From positions 96,001 through 160,000 of IMG/VR virus record IMGVR_UViG_3300030202_003733: a DNA stretch of 64,000 nt. One strand, written 5' to 3'. Source of the stretch: a virus. Position 1 is the stretch's first letter; each line of letters begins with the position of its first letter. A program made the position numbers and the translations under genes. Under the pieces are notes generated by a model. It made no database searches and was not told where the DNA came from. It worked only from the letters and a program-made list of their open reading frames with translations. Of this stretch, positions 29,675-40,184 are shown in pieces.

Positions 29675-31332
29675 TACTCAACCCTAAACTTAAATTTTTC
29701 CGGTTGCTCAACCCAGCTTCCCAGGCCCCCGTTGTAATATGAAAATTTTATACCGTATGCATAACCTGGCTCTAGCATATTCATGTCTATATCAAAATAA
29801 TTACCAGACACATCAAAAGACATAACGGTTTCATTGTCATCAGCATATACAGATTTGTTACCTCTGAGATCATTTCTTCTCCTGCTGCCTGTCCCGTGCG
29901 ATATGACCTCTAAGTCATCTATTATTCTATATACCAAGAACGACGCGCTATCCGGGGTAGTCATCTCAACATCAGTGCTCGCCTTAGTGTAAATAGTTGG
30001 ACTCCAGTCTTTTGTTCTTGTGAATGTTCTGAACCTTGCCCTCTCGTTTCGTGAATATGTTGGTTTTAAATTGGTCACAGAGGTTACATAATCCGTAGAT
30101 GGATTTATATTAAATGAATCAAATGTTTTTGGTTTAATTGAGCCGGTTCGAAAAATTGTCGCATTAACACCGCCGATGCCAGCGGTGCCCGCTTTTTCTA
30201 AAAGAGGATCTATGCCAACACGTAATGCACCCGCCGCAACCGAGGAAGTGTACCACACATCAAATAAATTTGTTAAAGTTGTGCCATTAGATGTCCCTGT
30301 CAAAGAAACAGAAGCAGTGTATATACCTGTGTCTATCCTCGACCCTGTGGCGACTGAAGTCAAGGCATTAGTTGTATTGCTGACGTCGCCGCCAACTGAC
30401 ATAAGAAGGGCCGCTCCCGACAATTCTGTGTTTTCAGCGTTACCAGAAAAAATACTAACAAATATTTGCTCTCCATTTGTTGCTATCGTCGGAATATCCC
30501 GTAACTGCCCCCTTACATAATTATATAAGAACAGGGTGTTTAGATTTTCCTCCAAAGGAACCATAGAAGAACTCAAATAAAAATTATTTCTATCGTCGCG
30601 GTAAGAAGAATTCCACCGCGCTTCGATCACTGGCCTTTTAAAGAAAAACTCGGAGTCTCTACCAAAAAACTTTTTGGTATAAAATGATCTAGCATCCGAC
30701 GAGTGACTAGACGAAAGCATTATCCCAAAACCATAGTTGGGCTTACCAGTGCTACCCGTTACATTTTGCATCCATTGTTCGACAAGCGAAGTGACATCAA
30801 CTTCAAGATCTTCATTACCAACCGGGAACGATGCTGTAAAAGACGAAGACACATCATCAGCGCCCCAGTAGTCCCCACCTTGGTTGAGCCATGGTACGCC
30901 GGACTGACCATTTGTTGAAGCACTGCAATTGATCCAGTTAGAGCCAGTCCCATCGTTTGTTTCGTCCGTGTAACCGTCCATATCGAGCCCATAACCCTCT
31001 TCCCAACCAGACTGTACAGGCCTTAACTCCAATACATAATCTCTAGGTAAAGTTCTGCCGTGCTCGGCGTTAAACATTTTTAGATAAAAACTAACACTTC
31101 CGCTCTCAGGCAATGAACCACTGACCCTGCTTGAGGATATTGGAGTCATCGGAAAATTTATTAGTATTCTTGATTCTTCAGTAGAAGTTGAGTCAGCCTG
31201 GGCGTATATGGAGAACACTTCCAAAATATCAGACAGCCCCATGTTGGCACCCGTAGCTCTAGTTATTAGATCACTCTTGAATGCATTCGTAATAGTGTTG
31301 TCAGCGCTCGCTGTAAACCTTGCAATACCCAT
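29674..31332 (-). CDS. Virion structural protein with a DNRLRE/CBM96-like N-terminal domain
   Basis: ESRILINF...FYLKMFNA...ELRPVQSGWEEG...WLNQGGD...DVTSLVEQW...NYGFGI pattern; Ser/Thr-rich. Confidence 0.5.
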   Translation of the reverse strand: MGIARFTASADNTITNAFKSDLITRATGANMGLSDILEVFSIYAQADSTSTEESRILINFPMTPISSSRVSGSLPESGSVSFYLKMFNAEHGRTLPRDYVLELRPVQSGWEEGYGLDMDGYTDETNDGTGSNWINCSASTNGQSGVPWLNQGGDYWGADDVSSSFTASFPVGNEDLEVDVTSLVEQWMQNVTGSTGKPNYGFGIMLSSSHSSDARSFYTKKFFGRDSEFFFKRPVIEARWNSSYRDDRNNFYLSSSMVPLEENLNTLFLYNYVRGQLRDIPTIATNGEQIFVSIFSGNAENTELSGAALLMSVGGDVSNTTNALTSVATGSRIDTGIYTASVSLTGTSNGTTLTNLFDVWYTSSVAAGALRVGIDPLLEKAGTAGIGGVNATIFRTGSIKPKTFDSFNINPSTDYVTSVTNLKPTYSRNERARFRTFTRTKDWSPTIYTKASTDVEMTTPDSASFLVYRIIDDLEVISHGTGSRRRNDLRGNKSVYADDNETVMSFDVSGNYFDIDMNMLEPGYAYGIKFSYYNGGLGSWVEQPEKFKFRVE

Positions 31333-33125
31333 TAACTTACGGCCCCTTTAATGTCGTTATCGGGGAATTTAATTTCTAACACGACGTTTTCTGGGACACT
31401 CACATACCTGCCGTCAGCGGACATAAGCGTGTCAATGTCCAGTGCTACACTAGCGTAACTACCCCCAGTTTTCTGCACGACTTTAACATTTTTGGTATCT
31501 ACAACTCCCCTAACCTTATTAAGTATGCTGTAGACTTCCGATACGTACATCGGCTCTCCTATATACAGTGGTTCGCGATAGCGCTCTCTCAATGCCAATA
31601 CACAATTGGACAAAACATCAAAACGGTTCTCTTGATCACCCACAACAACTTCAAACTCAATACCAATATTTGCTATTTTAGCATCTAAAATATCAATCGT
31701 GTCATTAATCATTTTATATTTAGAAAGCCAAGTTTTTAAATTCTCCTTGATGGTGGTATTGGCACCAGTCAATTTTTTAAATGAATTTTCAGCTATGACA
31801 TATAAATTTAAATTTCTTTTAAGTGAATCTGGGTCGCGAACAATCCTACACCGTTTTATAGAACCAAATTTTTCCGGCATGGCGTAGACTGCTGCCTCAT
31901 AGTCTTGCTGGGTTACTGCCCTGTTCTGCGTGGCAAAATGATCAATAGTTCTTCTTCTTAGTTCTTCGGCAGTCGGTAAAGAAATATCTCCCACAATTGG
32001 TTCGTCGTTAAAACACTCAAGAGAGGAACGCACTTCACTCATGCTAGCAGGAGCGAGGTTTGTTGTATCCTTAAACGATAAGACAGGACTTGACACTTGC
32101 GTAACGGACCCGGCTGCCGCATTGACATTCCCTGGGTCGTTGGATCTGTAAGTTATGGTAAGGGTTGTGTTCGCGGGGCTGATACCAAATTTGTCTGTTT
32201 GAAGTAACTTAGATGGATCAAACGACGTGTCGGTTATATAATCTCTACCGTGCATTTCAAAAATCACATTAGTCGGGTCTGCGACAGACGGTGACTGAAG
32301 TTCACTAGTGGAGCCATAGCCAAACTGCAAGTTAACAGAACCAAGCTCTCTCTCAATGACAAATCTTCTTGGGACGACAACTGGTTTTATTATAGACGGT
32401 ACCACAGTGCTGTCGGCACCCCTGTTGGCTACCTCTTGATATACAACGTTTTGTGATAAATAATCCACCTCAAAATACTCGTTACCGTCTGAGTCTATAA
32501 CCGATATAATATCAGCCACATTTGGGTCATCGATAAGAATCCTTCTGAATTTTTTAAATGACCCGACCGCAATCTCCTTAACTCTCATGCGCCCAGAGGC
32601 TATTTTACCATAACCCCTAATTGCATATGATGTGGGGACCCCTGTAGAATCGTCTACCCTGGCTACCACAACCTCGTTTGAGGGGTTATCAAAATTAACA
32701 TCTTCTTCTAAGATAAACCCGTTGCCTGAAGTGGAAGTAAGTCTAGAGCCTTTCTGTAGGATCGGTATATAATTTGTGTCTGGGCCAAGGCCCGTGGAAT
32801 TAGCCGGAACTATTACGTAAAAGGCTGCAAGGCCAAAGGAAGAAGGGCTAGATCTAAACTTGTAGCCCATCTGTCTGCTAAGTCTAACAATATTATCGTA
32901 TTCAGTTGCAGAATCTAAAAATGTCTCATTTATATTATAATCTAAATAAAATGACATTATGTCTCCGACATATGCCACCGTATCGAGCATTAAAGAACCA
33001 AAAGACGCATCATTAAAATCCCTAAACGTGTCCGGGTAATACCTTTTAGCGTATTCTACAAGCTCTTGTTTAATGGAATCAAAGTCCCTACTTGTATATT
33101 TTATCGGTCTCATCTTCTTAGACAT
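31332..33125 (-). CDS. Baseplate wedge subunit (T4 gp6 / baseplate J-like)
   Basis: IKYTSRDFDSIKQELVEYAKRYYPDTFRDFNDAS.G.LMLD.VAYVGDIMSFYLD and QNRAVTQQDYE are typical gp6-like motifs. Confidence 0.9.
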   Translation of the reverse strand: MSKKMRPIKYTSRDFDSIKQELVEYAKRYYPDTFRDFNDASFGSLMLDTVAYVGDIMSFYLDYNINETFLDSATEYDNIVRLSRQMGYKFRSSPSSFGLAAFYVIVPANSTGLGPDTNYIPILQKGSRLTSTSGNGFILEEDVNFDNPSNEVVVARVDDSTGVPTSYAIRGYGKIASGRMRVKEIAVGSFKKFRRILIDDPNVADIISVIDSDGNEYFEVDYLSQNVVYQEVANRGADSTVVPSIIKPVVVPRRFVIERELGSVNLQFGYGSTSELQSPSVADPTNVIFEMHGRDYITDTSFDPSKLLQTDKFGISPANTTLTITYRSNDPGNVNAAAGSVTQVSSPVLSFKDTTNLAPASMSEVRSSLECFNDEPIVGDISLPTAEELRRRTIDHFATQNRAVTQQDYEAAVYAMPEKFGSIKRCRIVRDPDSLKRNLNLYVIAENSFKKLTGANTTIKENLKTWLSKYKMINDTIDILDAKIANIGIEFEVVVGDQENRFDVLSNCVLALRERYREPLYIGEPMYVSEVYSILNKVRGVVDTKNVKVVQKTGGSYASVALDIDTLMSADGRYVSVPENVVLEIKFPDNDIKGAVS

Positions 33126-33150
33126 ACAAACATAATCTCCGCTTCTTCAA

Positions 33151-33158
33151 TAAATAGT
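33151..33158 (-). promoter_or_regulatory. Putative late promoter ACTATTTA
   Basis: Intergenic, 26 nt upstream of the baseplate wedge start; GGAG SD site in between. Confidence 0.55.
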
Positions 33159-33170
33159 ATTATATATGAA

Positions 33171-33557
33171 TTAATTGCCGATAGGCAGTTCTAATATTTC
33201 TGTAGACATTAGAGGTTTAATAAAATAAACAATTCTAAGACGAATTGTATCTGACGGGTCAGCGTCAACGACATTTGGTGTTGAAAAGCTTATATCGCGA
33301 ATCTGAATATATGGTAGATACTTGCTGGTCTGTTCCTCTATGGTTGATTTTATAAGATCATACGTCTCTGGCGAATTGTTCTCAAACAAGAAACCTAGAA
33401 TACCGACACCAAAATTAACGTCCATGATGCGCTCACCAGGATTAGTTAAAATCAGCATTTTAAAATTTTGCGCTGCTACCTCTTTTAAGTTTTTAGTCAA
33501 AGCATACCCATCATTGGGATCTCTTACCAGAGGTAATTTTGGTGATAAACCTGCCAT
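33171..33557 (-). CDS. Baseplate wedge subunit, gp25/lysozyme-like (GPW_gp25 family)
   Basis: QNFKMLILTNPGERIMDVNFGVGI..FLFE...YLPYIQI matches the gp25 family pattern. Confidence 0.9.
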   Translation of the reverse strand: MAGLSPKLPLVRDPNDGYALTKNLKEVAAQNFKMLILTNPGERIMDVNFGVGILGFLFENNSPETYDLIKSTIEEQTSKYLPYIQIRDISFSTPNVVDADPSDTIRLRIVYFIKPLMSTEILELPIGN

Positions 33558-33561
33558 TATT

Positions 33562-36500
33562 CTACTCCTTACATGGTGGCGGCCTCAATGACCTCCACAT
33601 CCACCATTTAATTTTCATACCCTCATTGCTTTTTACCCTAGAATTTCTTGCAAAATCCTCCCCAGGGGAGTCAAGATCTTCGTCTACAAAGTCAAAGTTG
33701 CCAACATTAAGTGCTGTCTTAAATATCTGCTTGGAAGAATATTTACTCTCTTTAAATACATTAGTTCTTTCCCAATTCCTAAAGCCTTTTTTAAAACCAA
33801 TTTTTGTACCACCCTCTTTAAACCACCCATCGCCATATCTGTCACCGTATGAATAGTCACCATTATACTCAAGTTCACCAGCATCAACTAACTCCCTAGT
33901 TGGGCCGCCTCTGCCAATGGACGGCAAGAAAGCACGCAAACAAAAGACTGTAACAACAGACAGTATCCTCTCCAGTGGGAAACAATATTTAAATAGCATC
34001 TTGTACTCTGGCTCTTCTATAATTTGGCAGATCAAATCAGGGAGGTAATTTGTTTGATACGAATTTATTTCGTCTATAACTTCCTCAAATGTAAGAGACA
34101 TATCTATGGGTTTTTCTGTTGATACCAAAGGTGTCAGATACCTCGTGGTAACTGAGAAGGCCTTGTTTTCGTTGGCGTATGCCTCGTTAACTGAGACGCC
34201 TCCTATACCAGTCTCTGCTAGATCAGTAGCAGTTGGAATATATGAAATTCTTAGCCCCATACTTAAGTTTTGAAAAATAGCGGACGCTTCGTCATCCGAC
34301 AAACCAGAAATGTATGTTTCAAACTCATCTAGGTTTACAACTTTTTTTAATTTACTATCTCTGTCGGGGGAACCGGCAAAATCCTCGACAAGAATATATT
34401 TCTCCAAAACAAAAGGCCAGTCTTCAAAACTGTCTCCTTCTCTTAGATAAGGATTTGTTTCGTTCGTGTCCCTAGATACGTGGATTGGTCCGCCCGAAGG
34501 AACACTTTCATAAATCCAATTATCGTTTCCAAAAAATACATCAACCATGTTAGAAAGCGGAGGCGAAGTTTTTTCAATAAACATCTCAGACGCCCTCTCT
34601 AATTCATCAGAGACATACCTTCTCAAGAGTATTTTTGCATTGGCAATCACATCATCATCGTCAAGAAACTCGTATAAATTGTCTTTTTTGGCTTCTATTA
34701 AAGATCTTGGATCCGAACCACGGGTGGACACCGGGGGCTCCCATTCGTCCCTTACCTTGTTAAACAGAAATAATCTTGCTTCTTTTTCAAGTGGGGTCTC
34801 ATCTTGTATCTCACCGATATCTATTCTCTTTTGATATATTTGAACCGCCATCTCTAAAAAGGACAACATATACCTTCTGTTTCGAGGGAATGGGACGTTG
34901 TATTTTTTGCCCCTCCCAATATCAATCATAGACTCAACCATATCTTCTACGACATATGAAGAAAATACATCGGAATACATATCTCCAAATTTAGGCCTAA
35001 ACAGGGAGAATGTACTTAGACCTTTTAGCATGGCCTCCAACAAATAAACTCTAATAGTTGCATTTATACTCCCCTCAATTGCGGCGACCTGGGAGCCTCT
35101 TAGCATCCTGTCGAACGGCTCTTCAATAATTTTATATTTTGGAGAGTCAAGTTGGAATCTATCGTCATCTTTAACTTTTTTAAATAATTCGTCACATCTG
35201 TTTTTTATTTCTATAAAGTTGCCAAGTGAGCTTCCTGTGGTAGTCGGGTCGTCACAGGAGTGTATCTCAGGCACAAGTTCTTGTGAGAGTTTGAGCCACC
35301 CAGTATATTTTGGATCCTGTATATAGAATGGTGGGTTATCCGTTGTTCCCCCGTATTCATTTACAGCTTGGTCTAGTGTCAAACCTAAATCGTTATCTTG
35401 GTGGAAATAAACAATTTTTGGTAGAGCGTCGTCCTTGGGCATCCCTGTCTCAGTATCTATAGCACCTTTATATCCAAAGGTAAAAGCTTTTCTATTTGTA
35501 GATACTTTTTCTACTATCCGACTAAAAAATCCATCGTTAATAGTGTTAAAAACAGAAGACTCAAAATGTGGTCTAATGTCTTCAGAAAATCCCACACCCG
35601 CTGTTTCAGAGGCATCCTGCCACAACTCGGTTATGTATTGGCCCCAAACGTGAGATGGGTTTGAAACGTTATATAGGGATGTTATTAAATCGGAAGTTGG
35701 TTGATCAATAAAGTCTGCTGATCGATATGTTAATTCAGAACCGTAGACTCTATCATCGGTGATTCTTATACGACACCTGTTATCTAATACATCATCCCCA
35801 GCCCACCAATCATATTTAACTGTAAAGTCGTACAAGTCGCTGCTTTCTTCGTCCTCAGAGCGGTAATCATTATATTTCATAACCATAGCAAATGTATCAG
35901 CTTTATTAAATGATTTGTTGAGACATTGTTGTCCCCACTCTGGGTCCATCTCATCTTGTAGGTGTCCAGCTACCTTATCAGGGAATCCACCCACAGCAGG
36001 TGGCTGACCTACAATATCTGGTGCATCGTCGGCGTCGTCTGCTGGACCCCCTGCAATGCCATACGGATTGAGAAAATACGGGATAGTCCAAAAAGCCCTC
36101 TCATTGTTTCTAATAAGCTTCCACTCGTCTCTAGGGGGGTTGATCCTAGTCCCCCTGGAACCATAAATATTCAACAAACCGGGGCCAAGAAAGCGTTCGA
36201 AGTTTGTGTGTTGTGTCAAGCCTCTTCCACGAGAATCAGCTAACACCATGTTTATAAATCCATCAGGGCCAACAAGATCTTGTGTGAACTGAAAATCCAT
36301 TACGCCAAATAAACTTGTAAAAATCCTTGAAGCCATATCTGCTGCAATTGGATCTATGTACGGCAATAAGCCTTGTTGGTTGGGGTCTTCCGGGTCGTCT
36401 AGGATGTCCGGGAAGAACTCAGACAGATCACCCTGCCCCTGTAGGAAGTTGGCTAGTGCCTCTAGCTCCTCACCCAGCCTGTCTCTTAAACTACAAAGCT

Positions 36501-39500
36501 GATCCTGTATACATTCCTCAGACACTCCCTTCTCCCTTAATAGGGCTGCCCTGGTGTCGCTGAATGTTTGGAGGAGGCCCAGATCGTCACAAAGAGAATC
36601 GGCGATTGGCAATTCAAAAGCATCCACTGTGCAGAGGACATCTAAATTCATAAACGCACCCATTGCAGCGAAGAAGGACAATACAGATTCGTCGTCGGGG
36701 AAACACTCAGCAAGCGGTGCGGTCATGGGATCGGCAGAAATAGTTTCTCTTACAATCTTAAGGGCTGTTGGGGAAGCCTTGCCTTGGATAAGATCTAGCA
36801 ACTCACACTGTGTTATGACAGCCGATATATTATCTATCATGCGACCAACCATATCCGGTGTTGCCTCAATACAGCCAATAGTAGATATAATATCGGTCAT
36901 CGCTGCATTCGCCTCTTCCTCAGAAATATCTCCACCTTCACAAAGTGAAGAAACCAGAATATCCCTAAGATCAGCAGGATCTTGACTTCTATCCTTACAA
37001 ATCTCCTCAACAATTAACCTTAATATGGTTTGTAGGATGACTATAACAAGGCGAATCATAAGCTCCTCAAGGATCAACATAAGATTTTTCCACAACAATC
37101 GGCTCCAATCAGCCGTTTTAAGTTTAGGAAAATCAGGCATAGTGAGGGCTATTTTTAATTTACAGATGTCTGTTTTTAACTGTGGTAATTTAATGAAGTC
37201 TTTAAGCGGGGGTGAGAATAGTGGTGGTACCGGACAGAATTTATCAATTTTTTGTATTGCTGCAATGGCGATACCAACGCCTGGAAATGTTTCTAGTGTT
37301 TCTAGAAATGGCTCTATCAATATATCAGCCTGGGTATCAAGCAGGTTCACCACAGCTTCCTTAAGGTTTCCGAAGTCGCCTGGGTTGGGGTAGCCGGTAT
37401 CAACAGTGCCCACTCTTTCGGCTGTGCTTGGCGGAGCGCCCAAAGCTATGTTCTTGCCCTCTTTGCTACTATAACTTGTCGGGTATAACGGGGGCGGAGG
37501 CGGAATGTCGTCGACCGTTTTTTGTATTATTGCCTGTAAGAGTGGCATTGCTTGTGGGTAAAAGTCTTTTACCGCTCCTATTATTAAATCTTGTATTTCA
37601 GGAGGAAGCTCAGACAGCCATTCTATAAATGCATCTTCATCCATGCCCCTAAGTGCGGATTTTAAAACGATTGTTATAGCGTCCTCGTACCCAAGAGCGT
37701 TCAAGATACAATCTACCACAGACTTAATAAGCTCAACCCATCCACACCAACCCATCTGGTCTAGTAAATGAGTGTAGAGTTGTCTGAGATCGTCTAGTTG
37801 ACCTCTTACAAACATCTCTGGGAGTTCCTCGATAAATCTATCGCTAGCGAGATATTCCTTGAGAGACATATCAACAATCCTGCTGACTATTTTATCCTTC
37901 TCTGCATCTTCGAGTATTTTCCCATCTACCAAAAGACATGGATTTTTATTAAACTCGGCAGCTATGGCATCACGAAGAGAGTTCATCGCGTTCTTCATAA
38001 ACTTTTCGTTAGGCACAAAATCCACACTGGTCTGGCAGGAGCCCTCGGCTGAATCGATGCCGTCACCACCTTCCTCAGTGGGGGCTGTGGGGTCTGGCCC
38101 ATACACAACCTCGGGTAGCGCTGGGTAATAGTGTCTGGTGTAAAATTCTAACCAAGGCATGGGATTTCTTGCCATGACATCCCTGTTCATAATCGGAAGC
38201 TGCCATACAAACGCCATAGTTTGCTGCATTGTTATTGGCGGCCTTATTTTAAGACCGGGCAGGCCTTTGGTTAGTTCCTCCGGAAGGCATCCCTTTTCCC
38301 TAACTTTTATAAATTTTAATGATAGGTCGGGGTTAAATCTTATCTCTAGTTTATCGACGATTGAAATTGGATAACCGTTCTCTTTAACAAATAAGCGAAG
38401 CTCTTTTTCAAATGATTTAAGCCTTTTAACTTCTTTAATTAAATCAAAATTTGGTATATAAGCCCCCTGCTCATAGGCCCAAGCGGAGTATGTTTTTTCA
38501 TGGGCCAACATAGACTCAGAAACTTTTACTATCATGTCTGTAAATTGGCCCATATCAAACACAACAAACTTTTCTCCAGTGTCTAAATCAATTTCAGGAT
38601 TAGTTTGAACGGCTCTCATGACTGGGTTCTCAGGAATTCTATTAAACTCCTCCGCGTCCACTGTGACGAGTATCCTTGTGGCTATTAAGGGTTGTGGGGG
38701 CATGTAGTAGTCGTCCACACGAGCCGAGCCAACAAACACAAGCCCTTGTCTAGTCAGGCCCGTGCTGCCCTCCTGAAGCGAGGCCTCAGTACCAATTTCA
38801 GTTGCGCTTAACTCAGAATCATAAAACTCAACAAAATCTACCTTATCATAGAATTTTTTTATTTTTCCTACGCCCTCACCAATAAATGAATTTAAATATT
38901 CTTCCGAACAATCAGTTGTGGCACCGTCCCCTTTTGCTTCGACAACCGCACAATAAAGACATCTCCTTGGATCAAAAAATATGTCATTTACTTCTCTTGT
39001 TGTCCAATTCGGCAAAAACACAGACTCTTGTTCAACACAAGTATCTATAGTACTTTCAGTTGATGTAAATAATTGTTCCTCGTCACAATCAGCAGTATTT
39101 ATTCCTGCTGCAACCAGAGTGTCCCCAAGTATATCTTCTTCAGTTGGTTCTTCGAGGCCTTCTAGGACCTCATCTCCATACCAATATAATGAATCATTTG
39201 CAGTCGCCCTAGTTATATAATTACCTCTCGCCTCATACCACGCCACAACAGGTTCCTCGACATCGTATAAATTATCACGCAAAGTAAAAGACCATGTTGG
39301 ATCAAAGAAAGCTTCGTATACCCGCCTCTCTAAATCATCTAAATAGTCCTGGGCGATTTCAACAGCCTCTTGCCAGTACTCAGTTCTCTCCTCGCTTCCA
39401 GGAAGTTGTCCGGTTGCAACTTTAAGAAGGTAATTCGACTGGCCTTCTAGGAGCATGGTAACAACGCCTTGCTGCTCAGAAATCGCTATAAGTATATCTG

Positions 39501-40170
39501 TTCTTAATTGTTCAGGGCCACTTCTTTCACCGCCCAGACCGACCGGGAAAATACCAACCGGATATAGCCGCCCGCCTCGCTGCTTACGCGTTCCAGCGCC
39601 AGCGACCATTATCACTCCATCTTCTAGGGGCCAGGACTTTTCTGTTCTGTCGAGATACCCACCCCAAGATCTTGGAGGATCAGCGGCATCAAAAGCTTGT
39701 GTTGCTCGCGGATCGATACCATAAAATGGGCCACCATCCTGATATGACTCTTCGCTTCCCATCCCCCACTCTAAAAATCCATAAGTAAAAGCATTTATGC
39801 GTGTGGCGATGCTCGGGTCGCGATCTGGATCTAGAAACCCGCAACCAAAAGAATTAGGGTCGCTCAAGACTGCGTGATCGTAGGGTGCAAAATCTGTGAA
39901 AACATCACACGGATATAATTCTTCTATCGGGTCGTCGAGTACATCGTCGCCACCACTTCCGCCACCTCCACCACCTCCACCGGAAGGAGGGTCAACGAGA
40001 AGTTCGGGGACACACTCTCCCAACACGCAGACATAACCATCAGCACAATCGCTACTATCACTGCAAGGTGAGCCGCCGCCTGCTCCATCTACACCACCGA
40101 GGCCACCGTCACCGGTGTCTTCGCCTTCCTCGGTCGCGTCTTCTGCTGGGCCTGAGTCTATACCATTCAT
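33562..40170 (-). CDS. Very large acidic hypothetical virion protein (2202 aa)
   Basis: Intact ORF between the spike and gp25 genes; AGGAG SD site; Gly/Asp-rich N-terminus with a small Cys-rich motif. Confidence 0.45.
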   Translation of the reverse strand: MNGIDSGPAEDATEEGEDTGDGGLGGVDGAGGGSPCSDSSDCADGYVCVLGECVPELLVDPPSGGGGGGGGSGGDDVLDDPIEELYPCDVFTDFAPYDHAVLSDPNSFGCGFLDPDRDPSIATRINAFTYGFLEWGMGSEESYQDGGPFYGIDPRATQAFDAADPPRSWGGYLDRTEKSWPLEDGVIMVAGAGTRKQRGGRLYPVGIFPVGLGGERSGPEQLRTDILIAISEQQGVVTMLLEGQSNYLLKVATGQLPGSEERTEYWQEAVEIAQDYLDDLERRVYEAFFDPTWSFTLRDNLYDVEEPVVAWYEARGNYITRATANDSLYWYGDEVLEGLEEPTEEDILGDTLVAAGINTADCDEEQLFTSTESTIDTCVEQESVFLPNWTTREVNDIFFDPRRCLYCAVVEAKGDGATTDCSEEYLNSFIGEGVGKIKKFYDKVDFVEFYDSELSATEIGTEASLQEGSTGLTRQGLVFVGSARVDDYYMPPQPLIATRILVTVDAEEFNRIPENPVMRAVQTNPEIDLDTGEKFVVFDMGQFTDMIVKVSESMLAHEKTYSAWAYEQGAYIPNFDLIKEVKRLKSFEKELRLFVKENGYPISIVDKLEIRFNPDLSLKFIKVREKGCLPEELTKGLPGLKIRPPITMQQTMAFVWQLPIMNRDVMARNPMPWLEFYTRHYYPALPEVVYGPDPTAPTEEGGDGIDSAEGSCQTSVDFVPNEKFMKNAMNSLRDAIAAEFNKNPCLLVDGKILEDAEKDKIVSRIVDMSLKEYLASDRFIEELPEMFVRGQLDDLRQLYTHLLDQMGWCGWVELIKSVVDCILNALGYEDAITIVLKSALRGMDEDAFIEWLSELPPEIQDLIIGAVKDFYPQAMPLLQAIIQKTVDDIPPPPPLYPTSYSSKEGKNIALGAPPSTAERVGTVDTGYPNPGDFGNLKEAVVNLLDTQADILIEPFLETLETFPGVGIAIAAIQKIDKFCPVPPLFSPPLKDFIKLPQLKTDICKLKIALTMPDFPKLKTADWSRLLWKNLMLILEELMIRLVIVILQTILRLIVEEICKDRSQDPADLRDILVSSLCEGGDISEEEANAAMTDIISTIGCIEATPDMVGRMIDNISAVITQCELLDLIQGKASPTALKIVRETISADPMTAPLAECFPDDESVLSFFAAMGAFMNLDVLCTVDAFELPIADSLCDDLGLLQTFSDTRAALLREKGVSEECIQDQLCSLRDRLGEELEALANFLQGQGDLSEFFPDILDDPEDPNQQGLLPYIDPIAADMASRIFTSLFGVMDFQFTQDLVGPDGFINMVLADSRGRGLTQHTNFERFLGPGLLNIYGSRGTRINPPRDEWKLIRNNERAFWTIPYFLNPYGIAGGPADDADDAPDIVGQPPAVGGFPDKVAGHLQDEMDPEWGQQCLNKSFNKADTFAMVMKYNDYRSEDEESSDLYDFTVKYDWWAGDDVLDNRCRIRITDDRVYGSELTYRSADFIDQPTSDLITSLYNVSNPSHVWGQYITELWQDASETAGVGFSEDIRPHFESSVFNTINDGFFSRIVEKVSTNRKAFTFGYKGAIDTETGMPKDDALPKIVYFHQDNDLGLTLDQAVNEYGGTTDNPPFYIQDPKYTGWLKLSQELVPEIHSCDDPTTTGSSLGNFIEIKNRCDELFKKVKDDDRFQLDSPKYKIIEEPFDRMLRGSQVAAIEGSINATIRVYLLEAMLKGLSTFSLFRPKFGDMYSDVFSSYVVEDMVESMIDIGRGKKYNVPFPRNRRYMLSFLEMAVQIYQKRIDIGEIQDETPLEKEARLFLFNKVRDEWEPPVSTRGSDPRSLIEAKKDNLYEFLDDDDVIANAKILLRRYVSDELERASEMFIEKTSPPLSNMVDVFFGNDNWIYESVPSGGPIHVSRDTNETNPYLREGDSFEDWPFVLEKYILVEDFAGSPDRDSKLKKVVNLDEFETYISGLSDDEASAIFQNLSMGLRISYIPTATDLAETGIGGVSVNEAYANENKAFSVTTRYLTPLVSTEKPIDMSLTFEEVIDEINSYQTNYLPDLICQIIEEPEYKMLFKYCFPLERILSVVTVFCLRAFLPSIGRGGPTRELVDAGELEYNGDYSYGDRYGDGWFKEGGTKIGFKKGFRNWERTNVFKESKYSSKQIFKTALNVGNFDFVDEDLDSPGEDFARNSRVKSNEGMKIKWWMWRSLRPPPCKE

Positions 40171-40184
40171 CCGTCATTAACTCC

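Noticed and set aside
33159-33190. TATAAT upstream of the baseplate wedge gene as a sigma70 promoter
   Set aside because: No credible -35 box (TGCCTA); the adjacent ACTATTTA motif explains the site better.
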